Shown: piece by piece, positions 28,344 to 40,355 of the stretch
How positions within the stretch are numbered: position 1 is the first letter of the stretch
Layout of the letters: the number at the start of each line of letters is the position of its first letter
Source of the DNA: Nemertoderma westbladi
Taxonomy: Eukaryota > Animalia > Xenacoelomorpha
Reading direction: 5' to 3'
DNA length: 64,000 bases
Assembly (NCBI GenBank): GCA_032718475.1
Contig: JAUCBJ010008272.1
Location: forward strand, 1 to 64,000
Program-made: the position numbers and the translations under genes
Notes under the pieces: model-generated
The model's database searches: none
Told to the model about the DNA's origin: nothing
What the model saw: only the letters and a program-made list of their open reading frames with translations

Positions 28344-29394
28344 CTATCGATACCTACATATATATATATATATATATGCTAGCGGCTTATAATAACACGA
28401 TATATAATATAAAAATCACGTTTGTGCGACGCATCTATCAAGTATACATTTGTACCTTCCAAAAATATTGTCCTAGGAAAGTATTTCTCCAAGGAATGTT
28501 TTGTAAATTAAACGTCAAATTAGTCTAATTGGGTTGCCATGAAAATTTTAACAGCATGGAACTGCATGTGTTCCGACAACTTCTGCTTGTACAACTCGTG
28601 AACGAATTTGGACAATTTTGAGCAGGTTACAGTTGCTTTTGCATATTTTGCAATTGCATTGTACCTCCAACACTAAGTCATAATATAAGCAGAATCTTGG
28701 ACATTATTGTCACCAACTTTAGTTTTGGGATACCGTACATATAAGTTTTAGTTAGGGTTGAGGCCAGATAAACTAAGCTTAACCAAAGTAATATACGGCA
28801 TGCTGACGGACTGCTGTCGCTAACATGGGAAGAAAACATTTATAAGATTGTGGAATACTCATGAGATTCCACTACATTACAGTTATATATTATATAATCT
28901 TATATCATAGCCATAAGTCGAGTTTTGTCGGATTTTACTTCTTTAAACAATTCCACACTTTAAGACATGCTCTATCAGACCGTGAACACTTTAACCAAAG
29001 GGAAGTGATAATTATTGAATTGTAAAGTGAACCCCAGCAGACAATATTTTACTGCATTGCCCCTTAAGACTACTTCAAGTTACGATCACCCGAAGACACG
29101 ACACAGTAAACGTCAATATAAAAAGTTAAAATACGGTTTCCAAACAATTGTTTTCATTTCCATGGGAACGAGGTTAGACAAAATTTGAAGTTCTAAGTTA
29201 ACCTTCCTATGTACACGTGGTAAAAGTGCCATTTACAAAACCTGGGGTCGTGTTTGACCCCATTTAGTTGAATGTGATTTTTCCCCCAATATATGGTAGG
29301 CCTATGTCTACAGTTTCTTCAAGTCTATATTTTGTTACACTCCCCAAAAAAGTGTTCCATGCCAAATTTTATGAAAATTGAACAATGTCTAAGC

Positions 29395-29889
29395 GGGTCC
29401 ACACTCACACTAAGCACATGGCCAGTTCCCGCCCTTGGCACTTGGCGCAAGTGAGTCATATTCCCCATTTTTGTGATGATCAACTTCTAGTATTCCTACT
29501 GCATTGATATTATGCTCATTAGAACCGCAATGACCGATTTAGTTGGTGTAGACACCTTCAAAACAAGCATAGGGGGAATAGTTTTTGAGATATTGCAGAA
29601 AATGTGAAGACCGGCACAAGTCAACATTAGCGCCTTGATGCGATATTGACAAATACACTAAAAATGATACTTAAGTATAATTATCTCAAGGCATCCAGAA
29701 TTTACACATACCGTAACTGCAATGATCAATTTAGGTGATGTTGACACTCTAAAAATATTAGTTGAGTGATTAGTTCTCGAGTTATTGTACAAAATGTCTG
29801 GACTAGGAATACTAGAAGTTGATCATCACAAAAATGGCACTTGCACCAAGGGCGGGAACTGGCCATGCGCTTAGTGTGAGTGTGGACCC
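29395..29889. mobile_element. MITE-like element with ~85-100-bp imperfect terminal inverted repeats (UBE2D intron 1)
   Basis: gggtccacactcacactaagc...gatcaacttctagtattccta (29395-29498) mirrors 29804-29889. Confidence 0.8.
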
Positions 29890-30299
29890 TCTACCTCTAT
29901 AAACATTGTTCAAGTCATTTTTCGGACTCGGACTTCGGTTTTTTGACACATAGAATAAATCGTCGTTCAGGCTTTCATACTCCCTGTACTTTTTGTTATA
30001 AAATGTGCGAAATTGTCAATTAAAATTTAGGATAAGCCTTATTATATTTGCTGGTGTTGTAATACCACGAATCACTGGAATGCAAATGACCATAGGGACG
30101 AAATTTACTATACCTATAAAGGAAATTGGCTGTATCTATGGGGCAATTTATGATGTTTGTTAACATGTAAATAATGTATAAGGTTGAGAAAACGGTTTAG
30201 AGGTTTGCAGCAGCTGCTCGTCGGGTGAGATTTTATAGCTGCAAACGAGCTGCATAACAAGCAATAACATGCAATAACATACTGACATAACCAACTAAC

Positions 30300-30323
30300 C
30301 TTTGTAATACGTTTCAAGGCCAT
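30300..30323 (-). CDS. UBE2D: Ubiquitin-conjugating enzyme E2 D, exon 1
   Basis: MALKRITK|gttagt; the three exons total 444 nt = 147 aa plus stop, the canonical UBE2D length. Confidence 0.93.
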
Positions 30324-30559
30324 CGATCCACCTTTGACGTTGGTAACTCGATGTCGTAGTAATTGCTGACAATTTCTGAATTTGCATGAAGCCTCCAAGT
30401 ATGAAGTACCGGTATAGGTATGTGGTATAGGTATGTGTAGCCTAATGTCCCTCTACGGCTCAACGTCAGAACGTGCAGACGTGACTCAGTTGTCAGTCCA
30501 CAATCAGACGGTGGACGGTCCGTAGTGTACCACCTAGTGACCTACAGGCTACAGCAGTA

Positions 30560-32958
30560 CAGTTAGGTGCAATGGCCAAATCTGGCAACCTCAAAAGTTG
30601 CCACATATGGCAATGTTTATTGCCAAATCTGGCAACTTTTAAAGGTAAATAGGTAAGTGAAAAGAGCGCGAAATTTAAATATAATTGACCGTATAAGAAA
30701 AAAAATCATCGTCTGAATTTCTCTGGCAATAGGCTGAAATGTGCCTAAAATAATAATTCCATTTTTGGCAACCATTAAAATTAAATTAAATAATGGTTGC
30801 CAGTTTTGGCAACCATTATTATTGTGTAGCCCTGTCAGTTGTCAGTTCTGCAGTTACCGGTAATTTGTCATTGTAAATTACTTCAAAATTGTATACTGCT
30901 TGCTTACCAGGTTGGAATTCATGCATGAGCGCGCAGGTACGCTTTGTTGTTTTGAAATCACCGCGCACCTGAAATTGGCTCGTCGCGCACCTCATCATAT
31001 GTCATAATCCAAACAAAATCGCGCAGCTCATGTCATGCATATCTCAAAAAATCGCACAGTTCATAAGAACAATTTTACATTCCTATTTTACAAGTTTGAG
31101 CGTTTTAAGCTTATCTTTACGTCTGTCTGTCTGTACGTTGAATCTAGGCTTACATAATAAATGTAATTTTTGCAACATCAAAATTGTTAATATTAAAAAA
31201 TATTTTTTTAATCCACTACTATGGTGGCCCATCGGGCTCACTGCTTTTATAACAGAAAATATTATTTTAGATTACAAACAAAACATGTACCGGTAATTTC
31301 AAAAAAACGAATATTGAAATAGGTACCAGTCTGCCAATAATACTTTGTATAGGCCTACCTAACAATTAGGCTTAAACATACAGTTGGCTTATAATTAAGT
31401 CATACTTATAATACATTGTTACTTTCTGACTTTACCTGCTTACTAACGTAACATCGGCATAGCATAGACCTAATAACAATACAACAATAGAGTACTGTAG
31501 TTAAAATAAATAGACAAATTCAGCTCCGGTTGCCGGTATTCAGGTATTACAGTATTATGGTGAAGTGATTTGACTGTTTGAAGAATTGGAAATGAGAAAC
31601 TAATGCGAGCGTAGCGAGCGAAATTTTTTGTGTATTTTCGTGATTTCAATTAATTTGTGGTGCGCATCAGAGGCAGAGCTGCGCACTGAGGCGCAACGCG
31701 CACCTGTCTCACACCCGAACGCGCACCTGTCTCACCCAAACGCGCAACGCGCATCTGGTTTGCGGTCATTCGCCCAGGTACGCGTCCGAGTTTTGCAGCA
31801 TGAATTCCAACCTGGCTTGCTTACCCTTCTGCCATTGTCGACTGTCGAGTTGTGGTGATTTATAAACATTAGTCGATAAAATGCCAGAATGTACAATGAT
31901 GTATATGATTATGATACCGGTATGTTCTTAATATGTTAATGGACAGAGGAATAAGTCTGTAACAGCTGAACGGCTACCGTACTGGCAGACTGGTATAGAC
32001 ATAAACAAAACTAAAGAATCACATGCTTTAAAGGCTGAAATGGAACTAAACATATAGGCCTACCGGTAGACATAATACTGTAATAATATTTGACAACGTG
32101 AACATCACCACGGGGCAGCAAGCAGGCAAGGCTGCAAGGGCTGAAGGGGCCATTAAATTTTGAGAAACGGCGTGACAGAAGAAAAATATAATTTATGTCA
32201 AAATTTAGAACTGAGAAAACCAAAACGCGTGTTAACAGGTTAAGAAATTCAACGAAATTGTTTCTAGTAGGCAGGTAGGCAGGTAGGCCCTAATGAAAAA
32301 CGCGATGAAATGATTTTCATTATATGTAGGAATGGGCTGATGGGAAGATAGATATACTGATATGAAGGATGATTTACAGATTTAGAGTGCAGGGCAATTC
32401 TGCATGTGTATCAGCATTACACAGTCAGACAGTTACAATCTTTAACTATTATTGACAGATTGGTACAAGCGACAATCAACCACCTCCAGACCTCCCCAAG
32501 CAGCACCAGAGATTACTCTGTTACTAGCAAAAATAAACTGCAGAACTATCAGACTATCACCAGTCAGGCTGTGTTTGTGTTATTAAATCATTTATTAAGG
32601 TATAGGCCTATTGGTCAGTTGGTTTTTGGTTAGAATATGCCACTATCAACTATCTGACTATAAGTATGAAGTATAACCTGGCCCTACCCCTTAACATTTC
32701 AGGATCTAAGGAATAACCATACAGCCATAGAATGACTGACTGATAGATGGACTTACACTTAATGATGCAGAACAGCAAGCAGAATCATATACAGATATAA
32801 GCCATACCGTATTCAATGAGTTAGTTAAGTTGCCAAATATGGCAACAACGGGTTTATATAGTTGCCAAATCAGGCAATCAGAAATGTTGCCAGATTTTGC
32901 TTGGTTGCCAAATATGGCAATCACAATCATTGCCAGATTTGGCCATTGTACCTAACTG
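30560..32958. mobile_element. Non-autonomous DNA transposon with 29-bp TIRs and subterminal TTGCCA-N4-TGGCAA palindromes
   Basis: CAGTTAGGTGCAATGGCCAAATCTGGCAA (30560-30588) versus the reverse complement at 32930-32958, one mismatch; no clear TSD. Confidence 0.75.
30907..31815. mobile_element. Nested MITE with TIRs and target-site duplication
   Basis: TIR CCAGGTTGGAATTCATGC ... GCATGAATTCCAACCTGG, flanked by direct repeat CTTGCTTA (30899-30906 and 31816-31823). Confidence 0.88.
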
Positions 32959-33697
32959 ACCTAGTCTGCCTGTCTGCTAGTACTACATGAACATGCTACA
33001 CCTCACTACTCTGCTACTAACTGACTAACCTGCTAACTGCACTATCTCAGTATCTATATGACAGTATGACCCTCTACAGCCTGACAGCCTACACTGCCAG
33101 CAGGCCAGTACTGCCACTGCCTGACTAGTTGGCAGCTTCAGAGCTTGAGCTTGGTAGGCCCAACTACCCAGCTACCTGACTACTATGCTGCTAAGTACTA
33201 TCAAATTGTACTGCTACTGGCAGACTGGACTAGAGTTTAAACTTCTTATTTCTGTATTTTGTATTGACTATTGACAGATTGAATTTGTAGGTAGGCCTAC
33301 GCCTGCCCCAATCTGCCAATCAGCCAATCGTGACATTCCTGCATTCCCCAGTTCTGGGTACAGGACTGGAGGACTCTGGACTCTGACATTATTACCATCA
33401 TTCTGTCATTGTCTTACTGTCAGACTGTCCCAGTCAGCCAGTGCTGTGTGCTGTGCTCGAGCTGCAGCCTGCAGTGCACAATCTGACAGTACACTACCGC
33501 TGTACCGACTACCACTGACCACCAGGATGATCTGATCACGAGTAGTCTGTTAGTCAGTTAGTACCGGTAGTCTGTAGTCAGTCAGTACAGTCTGACAGTC
33601 ACAGTGACAGTCGTAAGTCTGCATGTAGGCAGGCACCACACCACTTCTGCACGGTACAGTAAGTCCCCTTGTAAAACGGGTACGTACTAAAAGGTAG

Positions 33698-33800
33698 AAC
33701 GATCTATAACGGGCTATAACGATCTATAACGGGCTATAACGATCTATAACGGGCTATAAATTCCTATAAACAAGCTATAACCACCTATAACGAGCTATAA
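33698..33800. repeat. Short tandem repeat, 20-bp unit (two 10-bp subunits)
   Basis: aacgatctataacgggctat x3 plus degenerate copies. Confidence 0.8.
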
Positions 33801-34539
33801 TATGAAAATTTACATTAAAAAAACGCCCATAGGGTGTGTTTAACTTTTGGATTAGCACTGCGGTGTGAAAAATACCGCAGGTTAAAAATTTGGGTAGGCC
33901 TATGCCTAATTGATAGGCCTACTGCAGTTAGCAGTTAGTACTGGTTCGTTTTTTTATTGGCCTATATTGCTCGCGTATTCTATATCGACTACAACACAAT
34001 GCCTATATCAGCATATCGACGTACTACACTACTACTTAGGACTACTGCTTACCGCTTCCGTCGTTCCATGTCAGGCTAATACTCTCACAGTAACAGTAAC
34101 AATAACATAATATATCATATCTTATTGCAGATTTTCCCGGCATCCCGGAGCCGGAACCACGCCGTCACATCTCCACCGGCTGACCGGTAAAATTTCAACA
34201 TTTGTTGGTTATATTCGAGATGTTCTTATAGTGCGGTGACGAGTCGCGAGAAACCCGGATCGGAGGAGAACGACAAGCAAACCAGTTATCAGCCTTACGT
34301 TGATGCGCGAATAAACCATGGCTGCATGGGACGGGGACTAGACTATGAATTACTACTATCCCAAAGAATGCTACAGCGCTGGGGGGGGGGGGGGGGGGGG
34401 GGGGGTACCTGACTAATGAATCAATATGCTGACTAATGAAGTAATGACTGATTTCATGATACCAAAAAGATGAAAAGCAGTATGGAATAAAAAAACCAAA
34501 TTGCTTAATTAAATTACTGACTAGGAAAATAAATCCATG

Positions 34540-36735
34540 CTAAAATATAGCAGGGCTGTAACTCCTGGGTGAAGGGTGCAATACAATTGCATCAGAAGGT
34601 TTAGGATTACGATCGGTGTATCCGCCGGTCGAGGTACCTGGTTGATCGATATCAACTTCAGTGGATCGAGGTCTAACGGCCTTTAGGGCGCGTCTTAGGA
34701 CAGCAGCTCCTACTGGTCCCTGACGAGTCGTCTGGACAATAGCGGTAGGTGGACCGTGAGTGGTGAGAAACTTCCTCGGTTTAATGGTTCTTTCCAGCTC
34801 GCATTCTCGGGCTTGATATTCGTAGGGCCGTCGAGATACTTCCTGTAACTCAGGGTGCGAGTTGATAAATAAATCTCCATACTCAGGGTCTTGACGGATG
34901 AAATTGATCAAATGGTATGAATTAATATCGTTAGGATTGACGTTCCTGAGATATTTTCGAACAAATTTGGTGGAAATACACTCACCAACACGCTTCATTA
35001 GTTCGTAACTCGGTGTGCGTGTTTTTTGTTCAACAGACGCGAATAGATAAGGATGGAACGCGTAAACTCCCTCGTAGGCGCGTCCAGGGTAATAGCGATG
35101 GCGTGACTCACAATGCAAATCCGCGTTCGCTTCCCAAGCTCGGATGTAGCGCAGGGTAATCATCTCATCTACGCTTTCCAGATCGCGGTTAAAAGGGCAA
35201 TTAAAACTGGCATGTCCTTTAAGTTGACAGTGGTGGCATTGAGTCATAAATTGGGGGCAGACTGCAAAAATGTGCGAGTTATTGAGTCTGCAATACGCAC
35301 AATAGATCTCCATCATCGGTTGTTCGTGGAAATAGGAGCAGGGTACGTCTGAGTCCATAGGGGTGAAATGATCTCTCGATGCGCATAATCGGCAACGTTT
35401 TCGAGAAACATAGTTGGCGTGCCGATAATCGAATGCGGTGAGACATTGTGGACCTTGATACCATTCCAAGACGTAGTCGTTATCGCTGCTCCGGGGCGCT
35501 GTAGGCTGAATCTCCTCAGATTCCAAGCATATTGGTTCGTCTTCCAATTGCATAGCTGAGATAGGTGCGGCTGTCTCCGCAAGCGAACCCACTGTCTGAA
35601 CTTCCACGACAGAATAACCCGTGGGTATTCGAGGTCTTTGTATAACAGATGAATGTAAGTTCTGTATACAAACGTCCTTGAAAAGGGCGAATCCCGCGCT
35701 GTCTAACTTCTCTGCAGCTGAGTCTCTTAGGCTGAGTTTGGTCAGAGCGCGGTCCTTGAACTGACTATCAACGTTACGGAATGGAGTCAGAAAGCGCCTG
35801 AAACATTCGAAGCGGATGAATTTATTGTGTTCATCTAGCTTGGCGAGTTTAGTTCCAAGTATTAAGGGATGGGCGCGTATGGTACGACTGCACACATCGG
35901 CTAGCCAACCGGCAAGTGCGGCGTTTTCAAAGATCGTGTAGATAGCTAAGGAGGGACGGAGTGGAACACTCATGAAGCTATACACGGCGTCAGGTGCGGT
36001 CAATGGTCCATCAAAGTATAATCGAGAATAATGGTCTCCGTATACTTGTTGATAGTTGATGGGATTTCCGACTTTGAAATTCCATCCGTATTCTTGAAAG
36101 GCAAGATGTCCGATGGAGGTTCGTTGTACTTTAGTAATGCCGCTGGGTGTATTTGCATACATAGCGCGGAAGAAACCTCGGCCTTCTGCCCAGGGAGCAA
36201 TCAGCTGAGTATCGACGAAAGGGTATGGAATGTTCTCCATGTTCCGAAAGTCGTTTTGTAGATCTCCATAAACAGCTGAGCCGATTTTAAGGATTCTTTC
36301 GTTAAACAACATCTCGAGCACGGGCTGGGGTAACATCGATCCATCGATACCCATGGCCGGTTTGCGCTCGGTGTCGGTGACGTAACGCTGCGCGAGTTCG
36401 AATTGTCCATGTCGGAGTTTCTTTTGTATCTCGGTAAGGGTCTCAAAAGAATAATCAATCACATCGGAACACGCTCGAGTAAATACGTGGGTAGAACCAG
36501 CTAGTCCTCGTATATGTATCATTCGCGTAGTTCCCAGTTCTCCAACCGGAACGCTACCTTCGTTATCGTAAGTGACAACTCCATACATCTCGATAACGTT
36601 AAGAGTCTCATTCCACTCTTTAGTGGCGTTTTCTAGAGTCATTCCCACTGGATGCCACAAGGTGGCGCATTCGCTAGCATTAGGTAGATCTCTATACTTC
36701 AAATACTGTGTAGTATATGTTTCTACATCTCCATA
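34540..36735 (-). CDS. C-terminal part of a retrotransposon-associated ORF: DEDD-type 3'-5' exonuclease-like domain plus Cys/His zinc knuckles
   Basis: VVTYDNEGS (ExoI DxE), LPQPVLEMLFNERILKIGSAVYGD (ExoII-like, compare WRN/EXD LP..L..LL....ILKVG....D), FVDTQ, PLRPSLAIYTIFE (ExoIII-like); then CRLCASRDH, CAYC..SHIFAVC and CHHCQLKGHASFNC (CX2CX4HX4C). The frame is open from 36735; the track start at 36702 is a TTG. Confidence 0.7.
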   Translation of the reverse strand, partial: YGDVETYTTQYLKYRDLPNASECATLWHPVGMTLENATKEWNETLNVIEMYGVVTYDNEGSVPVGELGTTRMIHIRGLAGSTHVFTRACSDVIDYSFETLTEIQKKLRHGQFELAQRYVTDTERKPAMGIDGSMLPQPVLEMLFNERILKIGSAVYGDLQNDFRNMENIPYPFVDTQLIAPWAEGRGFFRAMYANTPSGITKVQRTSIGHLAFQEYGWNFKVGNPINYQQVYGDHYSRLYFDGPLTAPDAVYSFMSVPLRPSLAIYTIFENAALAGWLADVCSRTIRAHPLILGTKLAKLDEHNKFIRFECFRRFLTPFRNVDSQFKDRALTKLSLRDSAAEKLDSAGFALFKDVCIQNLHSSVIQRPRIPTGYSVVEVQTVGSLAETAAPISAMQLEDEPICLESEEIQPTAPRSSDNDYVLEWYQGPQCLTAFDYRHANYVSRKRCRLCASRDHFTPMDSDVPCSYFHEQPMMEIYCAYCRLNNSHIFAVCPQFMTQCHHCQLKGHASFNCPFNRDLESVDEMITLRYIRAWEANADLHCESRHRYYPGRAYEGVYAFHPYLFASVEQKTRTPSYELMKRVGECISTKFVRKYLRNVNPNDINSYHLINFIRQDPEYGDLFINSHPELQEVSRRPYEYQARECELERTIKPRKFLTTHGPPTAIVQTTRQGPVGAAVLRRALKAVRPRSTEVDIDQPGTSTGGYTDRNPKPSDAIVLHPSPRSYSPAIF

Positions 36736-38718
36736 TCATTGTATTCTTTCCTCCTCGAATAACACGTCGATATTCCAGTGGACTAATCGAGTTTTGATAA
36801 ATCCATCAAGATTATACGGAGGTATTGTATCTTTCTCTATTCTTGAAACATTATAGGGTTTTCGGAATGAGTTTACTTTCACTAACTGATCCAGATGTTT
36901 CTGCAGTTGTTCGAGTTCGACAAGATCGAGAGGATTTATTAGTGGTAGAAACCTCAGACTATGTGTAGGATCTTCCAGTTTTACCATGTAATATTGCGTT
37001 AGATTGACGTAATAAGGGTGATCTTTGATCCCATAAAACGAGTTCGGTAAAGGTCTAGCGCGTATGTTAACATTGTGTACCATACGACGGACAAGATCCG
37101 CTCTATTGTCCGGAGGTTCAACAAGTAAACCATCGACACGAGCGGCCTCGATTGGCGGACGTTGCAACATGGGAGCGTCAGCGATGAGATCTCGAGATCT
37201 TAGGTTGATATCAACCGGTTGAGGTTGTGCCGTGGCGAAGAGTTTGTCTCCAAAATGGGGAACCATCGAAGGATGGATGATGGTTTTAGAATAGAGATCC
37301 GTCAAAAGAATTTGAGCTTCTGGCTGGGCCAAAGCTGCTTCTTCTCTCTCATCCATTTCTATGTGTTTCTCCTCGAGCTGATTTTCCTCCGCTTGTTGTT
37401 GTAAACGCTCGTCTAGGAACTCTTGTAAAGAGTAGGTTCGTCCACGTTCGATGTCTTCCTCGAGATTCTGGATTTCTCTATCGAACTGGGGTAAGGCTAA
37501 TTCTTTCACCGCTTGGACTTGTTGCTGCAATTTGCGTTTCTCTAAACAATCGTAAGTTCCTTTTCCGATTTTCTGCCGAATAGCGTCTAACGCGTTTCGT
37601 ACAACGCTCTCTTCGACTTCGGTAACGGGTTGTATCGGTGTTAAGCCTGGACGGTTGTACGGGTTAAACGGCGATATTAGATGACCGCGTCCTAATCCGG
37701 CTAGGTAGGGTTGTCGAATATCTAGTGCGCCCACTACCGTAGTGCCACCGATTAATTGTTCGGGTAACACAAGATCTTTAAATAGTGAGTACAGTTCAGG
37801 GGGATCCGTTATACTATTAGGATCAAGCGTTTGAGGTCTCACTGAGGAATGAGGAGGTCTGACCGAGTATTCCGGAACTCTGATCATTGGTTTATTTAAG
37901 GATCGTTTGAGTCGAGCGAGCGTAGGTGATACGTAGAACAGGTTTCGCTCGAAACTCCCATAAGTATATCGTGTAAAACAGTGTTTAGCGCAATGTCTCC
38001 GCGGATGTTTATGTCTTTTCGTTTGCTGATTGGGTCTAGAGCATTCGTCGCAGTAATACCAAAGACGCACGTCCTGCAGGGGAAACGCGGGTGATCGTTC
38101 TCCAGTTTTACAATATTCCTCCATCTGTTCGAAGCTATCTGGGATGACAGGTAGCGGTCGATCGGCGGTAAGATACATCATAGTGAAATAGAGTCGTTTG
38201 AGTTCTATCATAGGGTCATGATGTATACCTTGAGGATATCGAGTTTCTAGATTTTGTTGACTGTCAATATTGAGATATGTTTCTCTCAGGAATTCCAGAT
38301 AATCGTTGAAGTTGCTGCATTTATCCGGCTCTTCAACGTCTTCCCTTTCGAGTCTGTTTCGAATAGAATTCTCATGTTCTATTCTCGGTTTATCGTTCCG
38401 ACTCCGCTGGGTATGATATTTAAATAAAACCATTTCCCTTTCGGTGTCTACATCGTCCGTATCGTGTAAATCGATAGGATGGCCAGTAGTTAAGAAGTCC
38501 ATATACGTACCATTACGATGCGTATAGCGAGCGGTGAATTTTCTATAGTCCAATTCACGCGTAAGTTGCTCCTGGGACATTGGCGGTTCGATATAACGAC
38601 CATCGTCCTCCGTAGTAGTTGGACCAGCGTCGCCGCGTATCAAGCTATCAACAAACGCTTGTAAAGGTAGAGTATATCGCTCCCTGATACCAAGATCATC
38701 TTCTATCAACTCAGTCAT
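36736..38718 (-). CDS. N-terminal part of the same retrotransposon-associated ORF (unknown function; Cys/His cluster, coiled coil)
   Basis: 660 aa, intronless, starts at ATG; CDEC...HKH..RHCAKHC cluster; E/Q-rich helical stretch; its TGA (36736-36738) is in frame with the downstream ORF. Confidence 0.7.
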   Translation of the reverse strand: MTELIEDDLGIRERYTLPLQAFVDSLIRGDAGPTTTEDDGRYIEPPMSQEQLTRELDYRKFTARYTHRNGTYMDFLTTGHPIDLHDTDDVDTEREMVLFKYHTQRSRNDKPRIEHENSIRNRLEREDVEEPDKCSNFNDYLEFLRETYLNIDSQQNLETRYPQGIHHDPMIELKRLYFTMMYLTADRPLPVIPDSFEQMEEYCKTGERSPAFPLQDVRLWYYCDECSRPNQQTKRHKHPRRHCAKHCFTRYTYGSFERNLFYVSPTLARLKRSLNKPMIRVPEYSVRPPHSSVRPQTLDPNSITDPPELYSLFKDLVLPEQLIGGTTVVGALDIRQPYLAGLGRGHLISPFNPYNRPGLTPIQPVTEVEESVVRNALDAIRQKIGKGTYDCLEKRKLQQQVQAVKELALPQFDREIQNLEEDIERGRTYSLQEFLDERLQQQAEENQLEEKHIEMDEREEAALAQPEAQILLTDLYSKTIIHPSMVPHFGDKLFATAQPQPVDINLRSRDLIADAPMLQRPPIEAARVDGLLVEPPDNRADLVRRMVHNVNIRARPLPNSFYGIKDHPYYVNLTQYYMVKLEDPTHSLRFLPLINPLDLVELEQLQKHLDQLVKVNSFRKPYNVSRIEKDTIPPYNLDGFIKTRLVHWNIDVLFEEERIQ

Positions 38719-40355
38719 ATCTGCTATATGAGTTTATCAATATTATAATGAGTTTATATTTAGGCTAGCGGGCGTCGCTGCCTACCCCTCTCTGCCACCG
38801 GACAGTGCAAGATCCTCAGCGCCAATGTACCGTCGTCGCTGTGTTTTCGCCAATGTAGTAGCTACACAACGACAACGATAACCGGCACAAGTCACTCCAC
38901 TGTCCGTCCCAAAGGCTTAGATTTACTTCAGGTTCTTGCTGCAGAGTTAGGGCTACTTTCACAATTGCGACTCGCTACTGTAAACACACTTTAGTAGTAA
39001 CATTCACCTATAAACGCACAAATTCCACACAACTGTCACAAATTGTACACATTCGGGCCATTTGTCCGTTAGTCAAGTGCCTTCCAGAATGCCACGTTAT
39101 TATTATGTATCCTTGGATACTAGCAGTGTGCTATTTCTTCCCTATGCTATTCAATGGGGTAAGCTTTCTATTGTTCTTTTAACTCACTTCTAATTCTAGC
39201 GTGGTTGTTGCTATGGTGACATTATGGAAAGCTAGCGGTAGAATTAGGGTAATTCTCATGCATACAGATCTGGGATGCTATTTAATAGTAATTCTTTAAT
39301 TGTCAATATCCCCTTTATACATGATTTTATGAATTTTATCGGCTATTGACTATATATTGGAGATTCTCGCACACTAATACACTTAATAGGGTGAATCTCC
39401 GCTCCCATGATCTATTAATTAATGGAATTTTGGGAATGTTATAAATTGTATAAAAATTACAATTTATCAAATTCATTAAAATATGAATTTAAATTTATTC
39501 CCGTAAATTTTATTATTTAATATTAAATAGACACAATTTTATTCCAGAACATGTTTGGGGACTAGGATCCTGAATTCTAAGAAATATGTCCTTTTAAGAG
39601 TATCGGTAAGTGCTACGATATCTTAATAGACTAGAATTTTAAAGGATCTAAATTTTGACAGATTTTGTAAATATTAATAATTAATATTTAGGTTGGGCAC
39701 CAGTTTATTCCAGAAGTTATCTGGGGACGTTAACCACTGATTCTAGAATTTTGTCTTTCAAGTATATCGGTGGGTGCCGCGATATCTTAATCGACTAGAA
39801 TTACAGATGGTCAAAAGGTTTAACAGATTTATTTTGCGTTTTACGCTACTGTTAAAGGGACATCACGCTACTATATGTATTATTTAATATACGGTATGAG
39901 AGCAATATCGCACGAAGCAATGTCAGTGAGAAGAGGCAAGTCGTTTCCAAGGTCTACCCAGAGCTTGGTTTAGCCGAGACACGGGGATCTGAATTTTGCA
40001 TTCCTAATACTCTACTTACCAATAATACTTGAATATAGTAGGAGCTTTATTGTACTTTAATAAGTACGGATATTTCATCTTACTGTAGTCACGTATTTAT
40101 AATGTAATACGGACAGTAAGGAAAGAGAAAAATAATTATCTCTCGCCGTCGCACTAAATATATAATATATAAGTAATTAAGTAATAAACACTAATATATA
40201 TTGCACTAATCTACTAAATAATCGCTAAAATAACATTCTACTAAATAAAATTAAAGAAAACGATTATAATAAAATTACATAATAATACATACATAAATAT
40301 AAAATAATAAAAACAAATATAAAATAATATAGTCACACACCCACTCCAGACGCTG

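Noticed and set aside
34140-34158. Primer-binding-site-like TGGTTCCGGCTCCGGGAT on the minus strand
   Set aside because: Lies at the wrong end of the element, is not preceded by an LTR-terminal CA, and has no exact tRNA match that I can confirm.
34540-38718. env gene of an errantivirus-like BEL element
   Set aside because: No evident signal peptide, fusion peptide or C-terminal TM anchor; the motifs point to an exonuclease and zinc knuckles.
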